Shown in pieces: positions 7,702-18,262 of a DNA stretch of 31,747 nucleotides. The stretch is from positions 1-31,747 of IMG/VR virus record IMGVR_UViG_3300022923_000063, one strand, 5' to 3'. The notes under the pieces were generated by a model that saw only the letters and a program-made list of their open reading frames with translations, was not told the origin of the DNA and did not search any database. Source of the stretch: a virus. Taxonomy: Duplodnaviria > Caudoviricetes. Position numbers and translations under genes: made by a program. Positions within the stretch are counted from its first letter, which is position 1. Every line of letters begins with the position of its first letter.

Positions 7702-8259
7702 TTAGTTTACTTCTTCAGCGTAAACATCAGATCTCCAAGTGATCTCTAATGTTTGTACGTCTGCAGCTGAATAATCTAATGCATCCGTAAATCCAAGTCC
7801 TGAAGTGATGAAACAATCATCTAATGTGATTTTTCTAAAAATATCACCTTCTCTATTAAATTGTACGATAACAATAGTTCCTACGTAATTCTTTTTCAAG
7901 CCCATTTCACCAGTTTCTGGATTATATTGTGCTCTGTACCATTGTCTCATAGTTTTGTATAAGTATGCTTGGTTAGAATCGTTTAGGTTCAATGAAAAGT
8001 TAACAGTTACGTCGATTGAAGTATTGTCTACCATACCAGCGAATGATCTAGTAGCAAATTTATACTTCTGCTCAATTGCAGCAACATCTTTATGTAAACC
8101 TGCAAGGCCTGAAATTGAATTTACGTGTTGTAATAACAATTCTTGACCGGCAACACCATCGGGAGGTAAAATTGTCACCTCGAACAGGTTAGCCTGTACT
8201 GGTTCAAAGTTCTTGCCCTTCTTCTGTGTTTGATCTTCTGAATAATGTGGTAAAGCCAT
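7702..8259 (-). CDS. tail tube protein (T4 gp19-like)
   Basis: 185 aa directly after the sheath. N.FEV.I, W......T G....K..Y, I.Q..R.G and L.Y......LEITW..D motifs. Confidence 0.9.
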   Translation of the reverse strand: MALPHYSEDQTQKKGKNFEPVQANLFEVTILPPDGVAGQELLLQHVNSISGLAGLHKDVAAIEQKYKFATRSFAGMVDNTSIDVTVNFSLNLNDSNQAYLYKTMRQWYRAQYNPETGEMGLKKNYVGTIVIVQFNREGDIFRKITLDDCFITSGLGFTDALDYSAADVQTLEITWRSDVYAEEVN

Positions 8260-8278
8260 AATTTGTATGTGTTTATTT

Positions 8279-8286
8279 TATATATC
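8279..8286 (-). promoter_or_regulatory. late promoter box GATATATA
   Basis: Upstream of tail tube. Confidence 0.7.
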
Positions 8287-8294
8287 TTATTTTG

Positions 8295-11141
8295 TTATGC
8301 AAAGTTTCCGGTTGCAATTTCACCCGTGTTCAAGATAGTTACTCTCGATACTAAGATCTCAAGACCTTTAACTGGCTCAACAAATGTATCTAAAATACCC
8401 ATATTATTATCGATTACTTCGTTAGTGTTGTTTGTTCCGTCCATAACGTTTCTATAGTCGTATACACCTCCGTCTTTCTTCACTGATTCCATAAATGAGT
8501 CAGCTAAAGTTTTAATCTCTAATCTTGTTTGAGCATTGTTAAACTCGAATAAGTAGTTTTTCAAGATTTCTGCTAAACCATCTTCAATGTAGATCATTGC
8601 TTCTCTTACGTGAGCTGAAGACAATGCTGATTGAACTGATTGTTGTGCAGTCTTATTACCTTTGATAGTCAAACCAACACCTCTTTCGAATACGATTGGG
8701 TTGATACCGAATGGCTCTAAGTAATCTCTATCGTTCTTATCGAATGCAAATTCTAGACCTTGTACACCTGTACCACCTACAACACCTCTTCTTGGTCCTG
8801 CGATGATAGACCATGGTAATGCGTCTAAATATTTATCGATATAGTTGTTTGATACATAAGCCGCTGGTGGAATAACTTTAGTTCTACCATTTTCTAATAC
8901 ATTAAGACCTGGTGAGTAGTAGAAACCGAAGTTTGCACCCTCATTGATAGATGGTAATGTGTAGACTGCAGTAGGGTTAAGTTCTAAGTTACCGCCAGTT
9001 GCTACTAATCTAGTTTCGAATGAACCTGTGTTAGCATCTTTGAAAGAAGGATTAGTTGCTGCTTTGAATTCTTTCACCATTGGTGCGTTAAGGATTGCAG
9101 AAGCATTTTGTCTTTCTTTACAAAGTTGAGTAATTTCTTCTTTATTAAGAATACCTCCGTTTTCTAATGATCCAAATGTATCAACAACATATCTGAATGT
9201 GATTGCGTCTTTGTCAATTAAAGTATTTGATAAACCATTACCTGGTCTCAATTGTGTTAACAATTCAGCGATTGATTTTTCAGATTGTGTTGCAGCCGCT
9301 AATGGGAACATAGTGTACGTTGAAGTACTTTCTTCATATCTTTTAAGAGCATATCCTGGTCTCTCAGATACTGGTCTGTGACATTCAAATGTATATACGT
9401 TTGATCCACCAACAACTGTCTTGATGATTCTTTTAATTCTTGCTAATTTACCTTCATCTGCTGGAATGTACATACCAACTGAAACTGATGTCCAATCAAA
9501 TGTATCATCTTCTAATAAAGCAGATAATCTAAATTGACCTGCACCGATTGGTAAGAATGAATAGTTATCAGTTTGTGTTGGTAACATAACTGCTCTTGAG
9601 TTAGGCTCAATTGTAGTAAATTCAAATGTTGCAGATGCTGTTCTAGAATATGCTGAGATAGAAGTAGCTGATGCAGTTGCATATGTTGAGCTAAATGATT
9701 TTCCTGCAGCCGGTGTGATTTTGATAACGTTTACTCCACCTAAATTAAATAATTCAGTAACTTGTGAAATTTTAACATGATCAATACCGTTTGATCCTAG
9801 TAAGAAGTTACCTACGATTACGCTACCTGATGTAAGGAATTTACCAGCTGGATCTGGTCCAACTGCTGGTGCTGCGATATAGATATCTCCGTCAACAACT
9901 GTGATTTCTCCTGCGTGGAATGTTGCAGCTAAACCTAATTCATAAGATTCAAATGTAGAAGCTTTAATAGCACTTTCACATTCAATGATTACGTTAGCAC
10001 CATCTTCATAAATTGCAGAAATAGGTGTAAATTCTCCATCGATTTCAGCTCTTAAGAATCCGCTCTCTGAAATACCTAATAAAGTTAATTCAGATAGTGT
10101 TGCTCCTTCGATAGTTAATTCATTACCATCTACTATCATTACTTTAGATAAAGATAATACGTCTGGTGTAGCATCTTGTTCAACTCTATGAGAAAGAACT
10201 TTATAATCTTGATAGATATCAAAGTTTTCACCTACGAAATCAATATTTTCTAGAGCATCTTCGTTGATAGCACAGAATAAACCAGTTCTTCTAGCTTCCA
10301 AGTTAATTAAAGTCTCAATGTATAATTGACGACCTTCTTGATCTTGGAATTCAGGAATTACTGAACCTGTGTATTGTGCTACTAAACTAACTTCTCTTAA
10401 AGCAGTAAATTTAGCCAATTGATCTCTGTGTAAACCGTGTTCGTTAAAGAATGAACCGTATGTTGGATCATTTTGTAATTTTTCAGAATCATAAGATCCT
10501 TTAAATACAAATACATCTACCATATAATCAGATACGTATTCTAAATCTTCAATACCGTCTGGCACATTACCTTCACCGTACCATTCTCTTGCTGTCATTT
10601 CAAAACCAGCAGTATTAGCTGCTTGTCTTACGATAACTGAGATTGGCTCTTGTTTGATGTTAGCAAAAGTAATTGCGTTGTTTGATGTTTCATCTGAATT
10701 TCCAGCAGCTTCTAATACTTCAATATCTGAAGGAACCCAGAATTTATCAGTATCGAAAATGCTACTATATTGTACAGATGCTGTTTTAGCTGATAAACCT
10801 TCTTCAGAAGAATTAGTCGCTGGTGAAACCATTGCAATTCTATCTGCAGCGTCTGCTGCTGTTAGGTTTAAAGCCAAGATCGGCCCTCTAGAAAGAGTTT
10901 CGATTGCTGATCTGTGGAAATACATTCCTTTCTTTTCTAAAGATTTATCAATACCACCAAAAACTTGAGTAAATTGCTCAACATTTTCAATGAATACTGG
11001 TGTGTTGTAAGGACCTTTTTTAGATCTACCAACAACCAATCTGATAGTTTCAGCCGGAATGTTCACTGTTTGTGATTTGTCAAACTCTAAGCGATATACG
11101 CCTGAGCTTTTGAACTGTAATAATTGAGGACTTAATGCCAT
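8295..11141 (-). CDS. contractile tail sheath protein (T4 gp18-like)
   Basis: N-terminal SSGVYRLEFD and G.SKKGP.N.PV, C-terminal PWSIIAGPRRG, DRDYL...GINPI, GNKT, FEFNN..TR, NT.EVIDNN, VEPVK.LE. Confidence 0.95.
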   Translation of the reverse strand: MALSPQLLQFKSSGVYRLEFDKSQTVNIPAETIRLVVGRSKKGPYNTPVFIENVEQFTQVFGGIDKSLEKKGMYFHRSAIETLSRGPILALNLTAADAADRIAMVSPATNSSEEGLSAKTASVQYSSIFDTDKFWVPSDIEVLEAAGNSDETSNNAITFANIKQEPISVIVRQAANTAGFEMTAREWYGEGNVPDGIEDLEYVSDYMVDVFVFKGSYDSEKLQNDPTYGSFFNEHGLHRDQLAKFTALREVSLVAQYTGSVIPEFQDQEGRQLYIETLINLEARRTGLFCAINEDALENIDFVGENFDIYQDYKVLSHRVEQDATPDVLSLSKVMIVDGNELTIEGATLSELTLLGISESGFLRAEIDGEFTPISAIYEDGANVIIECESAIKASTFESYELGLAATFHAGEITVVDGDIYIAAPAVGPDPAGKFLTSGSVIVGNFLLGSNGIDHVKISQVTELFNLGGVNVIKITPAAGKSFSSTYATASATSISAYSRTASATFEFTTIEPNSRAVMLPTQTDNYSFLPIGAGQFRLSALLEDDTFDWTSVSVGMYIPADEGKLARIKRIIKTVVGGSNVYTFECHRPVSERPGYALKRYEESTSTYTMFPLAAATQSEKSIAELLTQLRPGNGLSNTLIDKDAITFRYVVDTFGSLENGGILNKEEITQLCKERQNASAILNAPMVKEFKAATNPSFKDANTGSFETRLVATGGNLELNPTAVYTLPSINEGANFGFYYSPGLNVLENGRTKVIPPAAYVSNNYIDKYLDALPWSIIAGPRRGVVGGTGVQGLEFAFDKNDRDYLEPFGINPIVFERGVGLTIKGNKTAQQSVQSALSSAHVREAMIYIEDGLAEILKNYLFEFNNAQTRLEIKTLADSFMESVKKDGGVYDYRNVMDGTNNTNEVIDNNMGILDTFVEPVKGLEILVSRVTILNTGEIATGNFA

Positions 11142-11172
11142 AGTTGTTCTTATTTATTTTTTTTACTTTTAT

Positions 11173-11222
11173 TATATATCTATTCTTCTTTCGAAATTTA
11201 TTTATATCAGGTCATATATATC
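11173..11222 (-). promoter_or_regulatory. two late boxes GATATATA (11173-11180 and 11215-11222)
   Basis: One intergenic copy and one within the last codons of terminase, both upstream of the sheath. Confidence 0.65.
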
Positions 11223-13028
11223 ATATTGTAGATCTCCGTCAGTTGCATTATCTTTATATAAAACTTTTTCCATTTCTAAATGCAAATCTGGATCAATAAA
11301 ATCTAATAATTCTTCTATGTAGTCAGCGTAGTCTGTGGTGTTAAAGAATTCAGTAGAACTAATAACCGTCATAATCGTATCATCATTTCCCATTTGAGCT
11401 CCATAACCACCTCTTGGTAAACCTCCAAATAAACTAGCTTCACTTATAGTAGTTTCATCTGTTATATCTATTCTATTTATTTTATAAAGCTTGGCAAAAT
11501 TTTGACAAAATATAGCTTTATTATCAGATTTTATTTTAATACCTGGTTTTAGAGTTTTGGAATCATGTCTGTGTTTAAACTTAACAACCATTTCATCATC
11601 AAAATCATTTTTCTGGGGAAACACAGATCTTAAGTATTGGAACAGTACAGACCCATATGTATTGTATTCTACAATTAATTTAACGTTTTCATTGTAAAAG
11701 ATCTCACATGATAATGTATATAGTACTTTTGCAAAATCTTCGATAACGTGTTCATTTGACCTAAAAACGCCTACCTGTTTTATTTTAAAGAAATCATACA
11801 TTGCACCTGGATTTATAGCGTTGGCAATTTCTTCCTTGTTCATGGGCTCTACTTGAAATATATTGATTACTGAATAATCTCCACCATTTCCTTCTGCAAT
11901 ATCTACTGAAAATAACCAGAAATTCTCCGGATCTTTTGTAGATTCTATATCAAACCTAGGATCCCACATTAAGAAGTCTTTAGTATCTATTGAAATATAA
12001 TCAAATTCATCAAAATCATGATAAATATATTTCTGCATACGTTTGCGCATTTTCTTTAAATCAATTGGATCTAATAATAGATTAGAGGATGAAACGAATT
12101 CATTACCGTATTGTCTATTAAATGCCTCAATAGAACCAAGATTTCCCAGTTCTCTTTGGTACCATGCGTCATCTCTATCGGGGTGTTCCCACCAATCGAT
12201 ACGCATTGCTGTATACTCATTTTCACCTCTATCTGCTGCCGCATAGATTTGATAAAATTTGTTAAATCCGTTTGGCGTTGATGTAATAGTAATACGAGAG
12301 ACCTTTGAAGCTGAAAGCGTTGGATAAACGTTTTCGTAAAAGGTATCTACAATAGTTGGGTGAATGTGAGCAAACTCATCTAAGTATAAATTATGAATAG
12401 TAAAACCGATACCTGCTTTCGCAGTAGTTGCTTGACCAACAAGTCTACAACCATTATCACACTTAACGTTCATAACGTCATATTTGACAATACCTGGTTT
12501 CATAAAGAAAGGTACGTTCTCAATTACAACTTTGGCCTTATCGATGATTTCTTTAGTTGAATCAGATTTGTTGGCTAAAAGAAGGGTGTTTTTATCAGTA
12601 TTAAAGATTAGATACCATGCATTAAAGATGGATGCTGTCACAGTTTTACCCATTTGACGAGATGCTAAAACAATATTAAATCTTTCATCTTGAAAGTTTC
12701 TCAACATCCTTTTTTGATACTCTCTAAGTTTCACTTGTTGAATACCATCATCGGTCATTACTACTGCATACTTCTCTGCAAAATAAACAATGTCAGTGGC
12801 ACATCTGGCCAATTCTGTAATCTCTTCATCAGTATACTCAAATACGATATTACCTTTACGTAAAAAGTTTTTACCTTCATAAAATGGCATGGCAACTTTA
12901 GGTCTAAAACCTTGGTCCATTGCAACCATCAGATCATTTACTTGTTTAGTAGACCAAACAATTTTCTCTGATAGTACATCACCCTCTTCTTTGGGTATCC
13001 ATTTATTATCTCCTACGTAATCACTCAT
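11202..13028 (-). CDS. terL: terminase large subunit (T4 gp17-like)
   Basis: LREYQ, Walker A SRQMGKT, Walker B LYLDE, coupling motif TSTPNG, nuclease SVDIAEG.GGDYS and NDD. Confidence 0.97.
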   Translation of the reverse strand: MSDYVGDNKWIPKEEGDVLSEKIVWSTKQVNDLMVAMDQGFRPKVAMPFYEGKNFLRKGNIVFEYTDEEITELARCATDIVYFAEKYAVVMTDDGIQQVKLREYQKRMLRNFQDERFNIVLASRQMGKTVTASIFNAWYLIFNTDKNTLLLANKSDSTKEIIDKAKVVIENVPFFMKPGIVKYDVMNVKCDNGCRLVGQATTAKAGIGFTIHNLYLDEFAHIHPTIVDTFYENVYPTLSASKVSRITITSTPNGFNKFYQIYAAADRGENEYTAMRIDWWEHPDRDDAWYQRELGNLGSIEAFNRQYGNEFVSSSNLLLDPIDLKKMRKRMQKYIYHDFDEFDYISIDTKDFLMWDPRFDIESTKDPENFWLFSVDIAEGNGGDYSVINIFQVEPMNKEEIANAINPGAMYDFFKIKQVGVFRSNEHVIEDFAKVLYTLSCEIFYNENVKLIVEYNTYGSVLFQYLRSVFPQKNDFDDEMVVKFKHRHDSKTLKPGIKIKSDNKAIFCQNFAKLYKINRIDITDETTISEASLFGGLPRGGYGAQMGNDDTIMTVISSTEFFNTTDYADYIEELLDFIDPDLHLEMEKVLYKDNATDGDLQYDIYDLI

Positions 13029-13693
13029 TATTCTTCAGTAGATTCTTCTATATCTTCTATATCATCAATTGGTGTATTTTTAATACCCGCTTGAATTGCA
13101 GCCATTAGGTCCTTTGTACCTCTTTGTAGGTTTTTATTTTCTTTATCACCACCAGCCTGTTCAATTTCTCGAACATCATCTCTCTTTTTATAGATCTCAA
13201 TATCACGTGCAATTCTTTTAGTAGATTCTTCAGAAGCCATCAAGTACATTGTTTGTGATTTAATGATATCTAACATTGATTTTTGTAATGTTGCAAGTAC
13301 CTCGAACATTCTTGGCGCTAATTCACCGTCGTCAATCGTTTGTAAAAGTGTAGTTAAGGCTCTTTCTCCAGCTTGTAATTGATAGATCAATGAACTCATT
13401 GTCATTTCATCCATTTTCTTTTTAGCCTGAATATACTCATCATTTTCAATAATATCTGCGTCTAAATAAAATTTCATAAGTGCTGAAATTGTTTTAGTTG
13501 CTTTTTTAGTTGCAGCAGATTTTAGTTCTTCATAACTGACTCTGGGAACAAGGTCTGTATTTTGTCGTCTTATAGGTAAATCTGATGGATCTTTTTCAAC
13601 ATCCAAAGAACCTGTATCCCCTATTAAATCATCTAACTCTTTTCGGATTTGATCCGCTTGTTCAGATATATTTTTCTTTTTGTCTTCACTCAT
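13028..13693 (-). CDS. probable terminase small subunit (gp16-like)
   Basis: Translationally coupled directly upstream of terL. APRMFEVLATLQK resembles the gp16-family PR.yEV...L.K motif, C-terminal GTKDLM. Confidence 0.7.
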   Translation of the reverse strand: MSEDKKKNISEQADQIRKELDDLIGDTGSLDVEKDPSDLPIRRQNTDLVPRVSYEELKSAATKKATKTISALMKFYLDADIIENDEYIQAKKKMDEMTMSSLIYQLQAGERALTTLLQTIDDGELAPRMFEVLATLQKSMLDIIKSQTMYLMASEESTKRIARDIEIYKKRDDVREIEQAGGDKENKNLQRGTKDLMAAIQAGIKNTPIDDIEDIEESTEE

Positions 13694-13710
13694 AATATTA
13701 TATTATAGTT

Positions 13711-13718
13711 TATATATC
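13711..13718 (-). promoter_or_regulatory. late promoter box GATATATA
   Basis: Upstream of the terminase pair. Confidence 0.7.
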
Positions 13719-13759
13719 TAAATATTTTACAGTAACAAATTAATAATTTGCACAGGATA

Positions 13760-15709
13760 TTACCTATTTTGGTTATATCTTCTTAATTGAATTGATGGAA
13801 TGGCATTATCGATAATTAATGCCAATTGATTGTCTCTTACGACATATTGTTGTAATATGTTAACTCTTTGTTCTGCCTCTATAGGCTTTTTAAATAATCT
13901 AACGTTTGTTAATTTAATTTGACCAGGCATTAAAGACCATTGCTTTTGAGTAGACCATCCATATGAAGAAATTTCTTTATCTTCTCTTAATACCGATGTA
14001 ATAGTTTCTTGTAATGAATTTGCGGGTAGCATATTATTACCAGGTTCTAATCTAAATACATCTGCGGTTAATTTATTATATTTATTATTTAAATTAACTA
14101 CTAATCCATACCATGCATCTGATTGTACTGAATTATTATAAGAAAATGTATGTGTGTCTTCGTTTATTTGAACTAGTAATTCATTTGAAGTTGTAGATAT
14201 TTTTAAACCCTTTCTACTTACTAAACCATCTAATAACGTTGCGTTAGGATTAGTTGTAGTTAAATTTGGTTTAAACCATAAAGCAACTGCTAAATTACTA
14301 TCTGACGCTAAAACAGATTTTCTTTTGTATACTAATGCTTCTATACCAACATCTGCTATACTACTAAGATCATATGTATTTTTACTAATGATAGTCCATT
14401 TGTGTCTAATTTCTGTATCTAATATCGTTAAATTATTATGGATTCTATCTCTAATACCATCACTTACCGGTGTAAATACTGTTTGATATTGTTCAGGTTT
14501 GGAGACTTGTGCATATTCATCTTTTATCTCTTCACCAAAAACTTCATCTAGACCAGTAACCAATGTATCTAATTCTTCTTCTATTGCAGTATCGGTATGT
14601 ATTGAACTTGTTCTTTCTTCATATTTTTTCAACATTACTCTCCAATAAGTCATTTCCATATTGAATTCATCTGCAAAAGTAACTGAACTTACTTCATACA
14701 TTCTATTCATTAACGGGAAATAAAGATAATCTCTAGCGCTTGGTTTTTTATGTGCCCCAAATGCCGATTCAAATTGAGTTTTTGTAATGTGAATTTCAAA
14801 ATCTTCAAATCCCATTCCATATATGTCAAATTTAAAATCATTAGCTGGCATTTCATTATCAGGTACCATAACTTTAAACTCTCCAGAAGATTTCACATTA
14901 TACAATGAGTATTCCATTAATATAACGTCTTTAGATCTTTTATCAGCTTCTACTTTAAAATATTTAACTTTATGCCCAAACATATCCGTAGACAGATCAC
15001 TAATCTGTTTATACATATTGACGGGTTTATTTAAAGCATATGGATCAAATAAATTCTCATTACATTCGACTATTATATTAGCACATCCTATCATTGCATA
15101 TGGATCATCACAATCTCCGCAATATTGTGGACATGAAACTAATTCTCCGGCTTCTGTTTCTAAATTAAATGTTAAACTTAATAATGAAAGTGAGTGAGCA
15201 GTCGATAATCTATTTACGGTAAATCTAACCGTAATCCATAACGGTTTTGTAGGATCAAATACTAATCCTAATAAATCTTGATCTGATGTGTTATTATTAA
15301 GAGGTCTGTATTCTGACATAATACCACCATCGCTAGTTTTATCTTCTTGAGACCATTTAAATTCATAATCAAAAAAGTTATTAGCGTCTAATGTTTCATA
15401 AAATTTTAAAGAATCTCCTGAAAATGAAGGCGCTTCTAATACACGAAATGTATTAGAATCTATAATTTCTATAACATCAAATACTGTATTTCCTACTATA
15501 ATTTTACTGCCAAATGAGAGATTTAAATTAGTGCCGGTACCTGTTACTAGTGTTTCACCAGCTGTCATTGATAGAGTGCCTATTGTATTAGGCGTATTTA
15601 CACCCACTATAATGTCCCATGAGTTAATGTTAACTACATTTTCATAAGGAGTTACTAATTTGGCCGTAAATGAATCACCAATTTGATTTGCTGTAAAGTT
15701 ATTTACCAT
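13760..15709 (-). CDS. neck protein (gp14-like core) with N-terminal beta domain and C-terminal LamG/concanavalin-like domain
   Basis: Central MFGHKVKYF...G.GF.D.....I....F...KP...DYLYFPLMNRMYEV fits gp14. C-terminal VALWFKP...WYGLVV...LTNVRLF is LamG-like. Confidence 0.7.
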   Translation of the reverse strand: MVNNFTANQIGDSFTAKLVTPYENVVNINSWDIIVGVNTPNTIGTLSMTAGETLVTGTGTNLNLSFGSKIIVGNTVFDVIEIIDSNTFRVLEAPSFSGDSLKFYETLDANNFFDYEFKWSQEDKTSDGGIMSEYRPLNNNTSDQDLLGLVFDPTKPLWITVRFTVNRLSTAHSLSLLSLTFNLETEAGELVSCPQYCGDCDDPYAMIGCANIIVECNENLFDPYALNKPVNMYKQISDLSTDMFGHKVKYFKVEADKRSKDVILMEYSLYNVKSSGEFKVMVPDNEMPANDFKFDIYGMGFEDFEIHITKTQFESAFGAHKKPSARDYLYFPLMNRMYEVSSVTFADEFNMEMTYWRVMLKKYEERTSSIHTDTAIEEELDTLVTGLDEVFGEEIKDEYAQVSKPEQYQTVFTPVSDGIRDRIHNNLTILDTEIRHKWTIISKNTYDLSSIADVGIEALVYKRKSVLASDSNLAVALWFKPNLTTTNPNATLLDGLVSRKGLKISTTSNELLVQINEDTHTFSYNNSVQSDAWYGLVVNLNNKYNKLTADVFRLEPGNNMLPANSLQETITSVLREDKEISSYGWSTQKQWSLMPGQIKLTNVRLFKKPIEAEQRVNILQQYVVRDNQLALIIDNAIPSIQLRRYNQNR

Positions 15710-15736
15710 TGATACTTGACTAATGTCTTATTTTTA

Positions 15737-16387
15737 TTATATATCTGAATTTCTATCAGTTATTAAGAGTATCTCCGGATCATCTCCTTCGTATGGTTCT
15801 AATTTTTGAATTATAGTATTTATTACACCAAATGTTTCGTTAGCATTATCATCAGATAAAAACATATCTAAAATGGACATAAATTTTTTAAGTTTAAATA
15901 CATTATACATTTGATCTGCCTTTATAAGTCCACATTTTTCTAATATCTCATTGACTATTCTCAATTCTCTGGATTCAAACAAATCAAATAACCTTAAACT
16001 ACCTCTAATGGTTTTAATATTATATTTAATAGTTTTGATTTGATCTATTGTTACAATCCTACTATAAGTTAAATTTTTGTTTAATGTAACTTTAATCCAA
16101 GAAAGATTTGGAGTTGCATTTAGCATTTGCCAAATAAAGTATATTGAAGTAGCTTCTTTGTGAATTGATATATCGCTAACTGATTGAAATCTAGTAACAT
16201 CACTGGCAAACCATTTGTTAATATATTCGTTTATTCTATTAACCGGTACTAAATATGATGTTTCAGCTAATTTCTTAGTAGATACATCTCTTGAAATTAA
16301 ACCCCATAATTTGACATCTATAGAATTATATTTATATAATGTGATGTCAATTACTTCTGAAAAATCATCTTTATTTTCTGTAAACAT
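15737..16387 (-). CDS. hypothetical protein (216 aa)
   Basis: Long ORF coupled to the upstream gene. No motif recognised. Confidence 0.75.
   Translation of the reverse strand: MFTENKDDFSEVIDITLYKYNSIDVKLWGLISRDVSTKKLAETSYLVPVNRINEYINKWFASDVTRFQSVSDISIHKEATSIYFIWQMLNATPNLSWIKVTLNKNLTYSRIVTIDQIKTIKYNIKTIRGSLRLFDLFESRELRIVNEILEKCGLIKADQMYNVFKLKKFMSILDMFLSDDNANETFGVINTIIQKLEPYEGDDPEILLITDRNSDI
15738..15745 (-). promoter_or_regulatory. late promoter box GATATATA overlapping the upstream stop codon
   Basis: GAT ATA TAA encodes D-I-stop, upstream of the neck gene. Confidence 0.65.
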
Positions 16388-16799
16388 TTAGTTGCGTTTC
16401 AATTTTTTGTAAATCATCGAATAATTCCTGCTTAGCGTATTGCTTTAATTCATTAAATTCACGCATACCTATTTCATTCTTTGATAAGTACAACTCAATT
16501 GAAGCTTCGCTAGGTGTATATTTATCTACTTGTTTTTTAGGAGCTTTTTTAGTCTTAGTATAAAACCAACCTGGCACACCTTTAAATCTTTTTGCAACCA
16601 TAGACCATGATTCTACTACATTTCCACCATTAATTCCATTAACATTAAACATATTAGCGTTAGATGGATATTTAATAGCAAAAAAACGATTGATCATGAA
16701 ATGATGACGCTTCTTTGAATGATTTTTAATATTGCTGTATTGGTCTGGTTTTGTGAACATAATTTTCACAAAATCAAATAATTTTGTTTCGTCTAGCAT
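16371..16799 (-). CDS. probable clamp loader small subunit (T4 gp62-like)
   Basis: LFDF..., FMINRFF, then W...K.K and a C-terminal helical segment, as remembered for gp62-like proteins. Size fits and gp44 is nearby. Confidence 0.55.
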   Translation of the reverse strand: MLDETKLFDFVKIMFTKPDQYSNIKNHSKKRHHFMINRFFAIKYPSNANMFNVNGINGGNVVESWSMVAKRFKGVPGWFYTKTKKAPKKQVDKYTPSEASIELYLSKNEIGMREFNELKQYAKQELFDDLQKIETQLNVYRK

Positions 16800-16803
16800 A
16801 TCT

Positions 16804-16832
16804 ATTATATGTTAAGTAGAGTGAATGTTTAT
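16804..16832 (-). promoter_or_regulatory. pre-late promoter ATAAAC-N17-TATAAT
   Basis: Same spacing as the other four copies. Confidence 0.6.
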
Positions 16833-16987
16833 TTAATCCACTTGTTAAATGCTAAGTTATGTGCTTCTACATGACCATAACCTTCTTTTATAAATTGAGA
16901 AGCCATCTCATAAACCTCTGTTCTAAGACCATGTGCATTAGATTCTGATAATATCTCTTCTATTTGTATATAGTCATCTAATGTCAT
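16829..16987 (-). CDS. small hypothetical protein (52 aa)
   Basis: Manual translation MTLDDYIQIEEILSESNAHGLRTEVYEMASQFIKEGYGHVEAHNLAFNKWIK*. Fills the gap after rnh. Confidence 0.7.
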   Translation of the reverse strand: MTLDDYIQIEEILSESNAHGLRTEVYEMASQFIKEGYGHVEAHNLAFNKWIK

Positions 16988-16993
16988 ATTAAT

Positions 16994-18262
16994 TTAGAAT
17001 AATTTTTTAGTAGGTTCTAATTTTTTGGTAGTAGTTTGTGTTTTCTTACCTACTAACTTCATTGGTGGAATTTCTTTTTTATTTTCGTCTGGAATATCCA
17101 TACCTGCAAAGGCATCTACACCAAATCCTGTTTTATCCTTTAACCAATGTGTACCTTCTAATATTTTTTCCATATCCATAAACTGTTCTACATTTTCTAA
17201 AGCTCCTTCCCAATCTTTATCGATTGCAGAATAGATAGCTTCTTGAATAGAATCTGGGATGGTTTTAATGTGTAGTAGCATTAGTGCTATGTTATTAGAT
17301 AAAGCTGCTTTAATTAGAGTTGTATTAGTATGACCGACGACTCTGTAAATGATATCTGCTAAAGCGTTTTTATGTTCAGCATTAAATAGATACTCTATTG
17401 TAAAGTTATCCAATTCTTTAATAAACTGTTCATATATGGTATCAGCCATTTTCTCTGTGATAGAGTATGTTCTAAGTTTACCATTTTTCATTTCTTTTTG
17501 CCATGTCACAACAGATTGGATATTATCTGATTTATCACCTATTAATATTTTATTAAATATAAATCTATCACAATCTACTTCTGTAATTTCTATTTTAAGA
17601 TCTTTTACCCAAGATAAAATATTGGTTTGATACGTGTCCCTAGTCATATGTTCTCCGCCCATATTAAATAGAAGATCATCGTTTGACATTTCAGTAGCTA
17701 CAGAAGTTTCCATGTCTTTAGTAAATCCTTCGTATGCATATAAAGATTTCTTAGTATTGTAATACCAAAGAGTATGTGCATCATTAGTTTTAGAATAGTT
17801 GACCAATTGAATAAGGTCTCTATCACCAGACCAAACGATACATGATTTACCTCTATTGTTTAATGCAGTTGACCATCCAAAAATAACATCATCTGCTTCT
17901 GCGCCTTGAATTTGATGTACTGTAACGCCCTTAGCAGCTAATATATTTTGAAATTCTTCGTATACTGAATATACATTTGTCCAATTTACACTGCTACTTT
18001 GCTTTCTAGTACCTTTATAGTCTGATTCCGGATATAAATCTTTTCGCCAAGATTTAGAATCAACTGTTAATACTACGTCGTCTACGAACATTTTTAATTT
18101 ACGCATCTCAGACGCAAAATCAATAGATAATTTTCTCATAAATTGAGACTTTTGTTTGTCGTCGCCTAACAGTTGACCTGTTTTAGGTTTCGGTAAAACA
18201 AATAGTCTACTGAATACGAAATAATTACCGTCTATTAATAGTGTATGTTTTCCCACTTTCAT
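16994..18262 (-). CDS. rnh: RNase H / 5'-3' flap exonuclease (T4 rnh, FEN/PIN family)
   Basis: LLIDGN, SWRK..YP..YKGTR, EADDVI, SGDRDLIQL, GDKSDNI acidic catalytic motifs. Confidence 0.93.
   Translation of the reverse strand: MKVGKHTLLIDGNYFVFSRLFVLPKPKTGQLLGDDKQKSQFMRKLSIDFASEMRKLKMFVDDVVLTVDSKSWRKDLYPESDYKGTRKQSSSVNWTNVYSVYEEFQNILAAKGVTVHQIQGAEADDVIFGWSTALNNRGKSCIVWSGDRDLIQLVNYSKTNDAHTLWYYNTKKSLYAYEGFTKDMETSVATEMSNDDLLFNMGGEHMTRDTYQTNILSWVKDLKIEITEVDCDRFIFNKILIGDKSDNIQSVVTWQKEMKNGKLRTYSITEKMADTIYEQFIKELDNFTIEYLFNAEHKNALADIIYRVVGHTNTTLIKAALSNNIALMLLHIKTIPDSIQEAIYSAIDKDWEGALENVEQFMDMEKILEGTHWLKDKTGFGVDAFAGMDIPDENKKEIPPMKLVGKKTQTTTKKLEPTKKLF

Noticed and set aside
11202-13028. Intron or intein in terminase (also considered for portal and capsid)
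   Set aside because: ORFs are continuous, of ordinary length, and I saw no intein splice-junction motifs.
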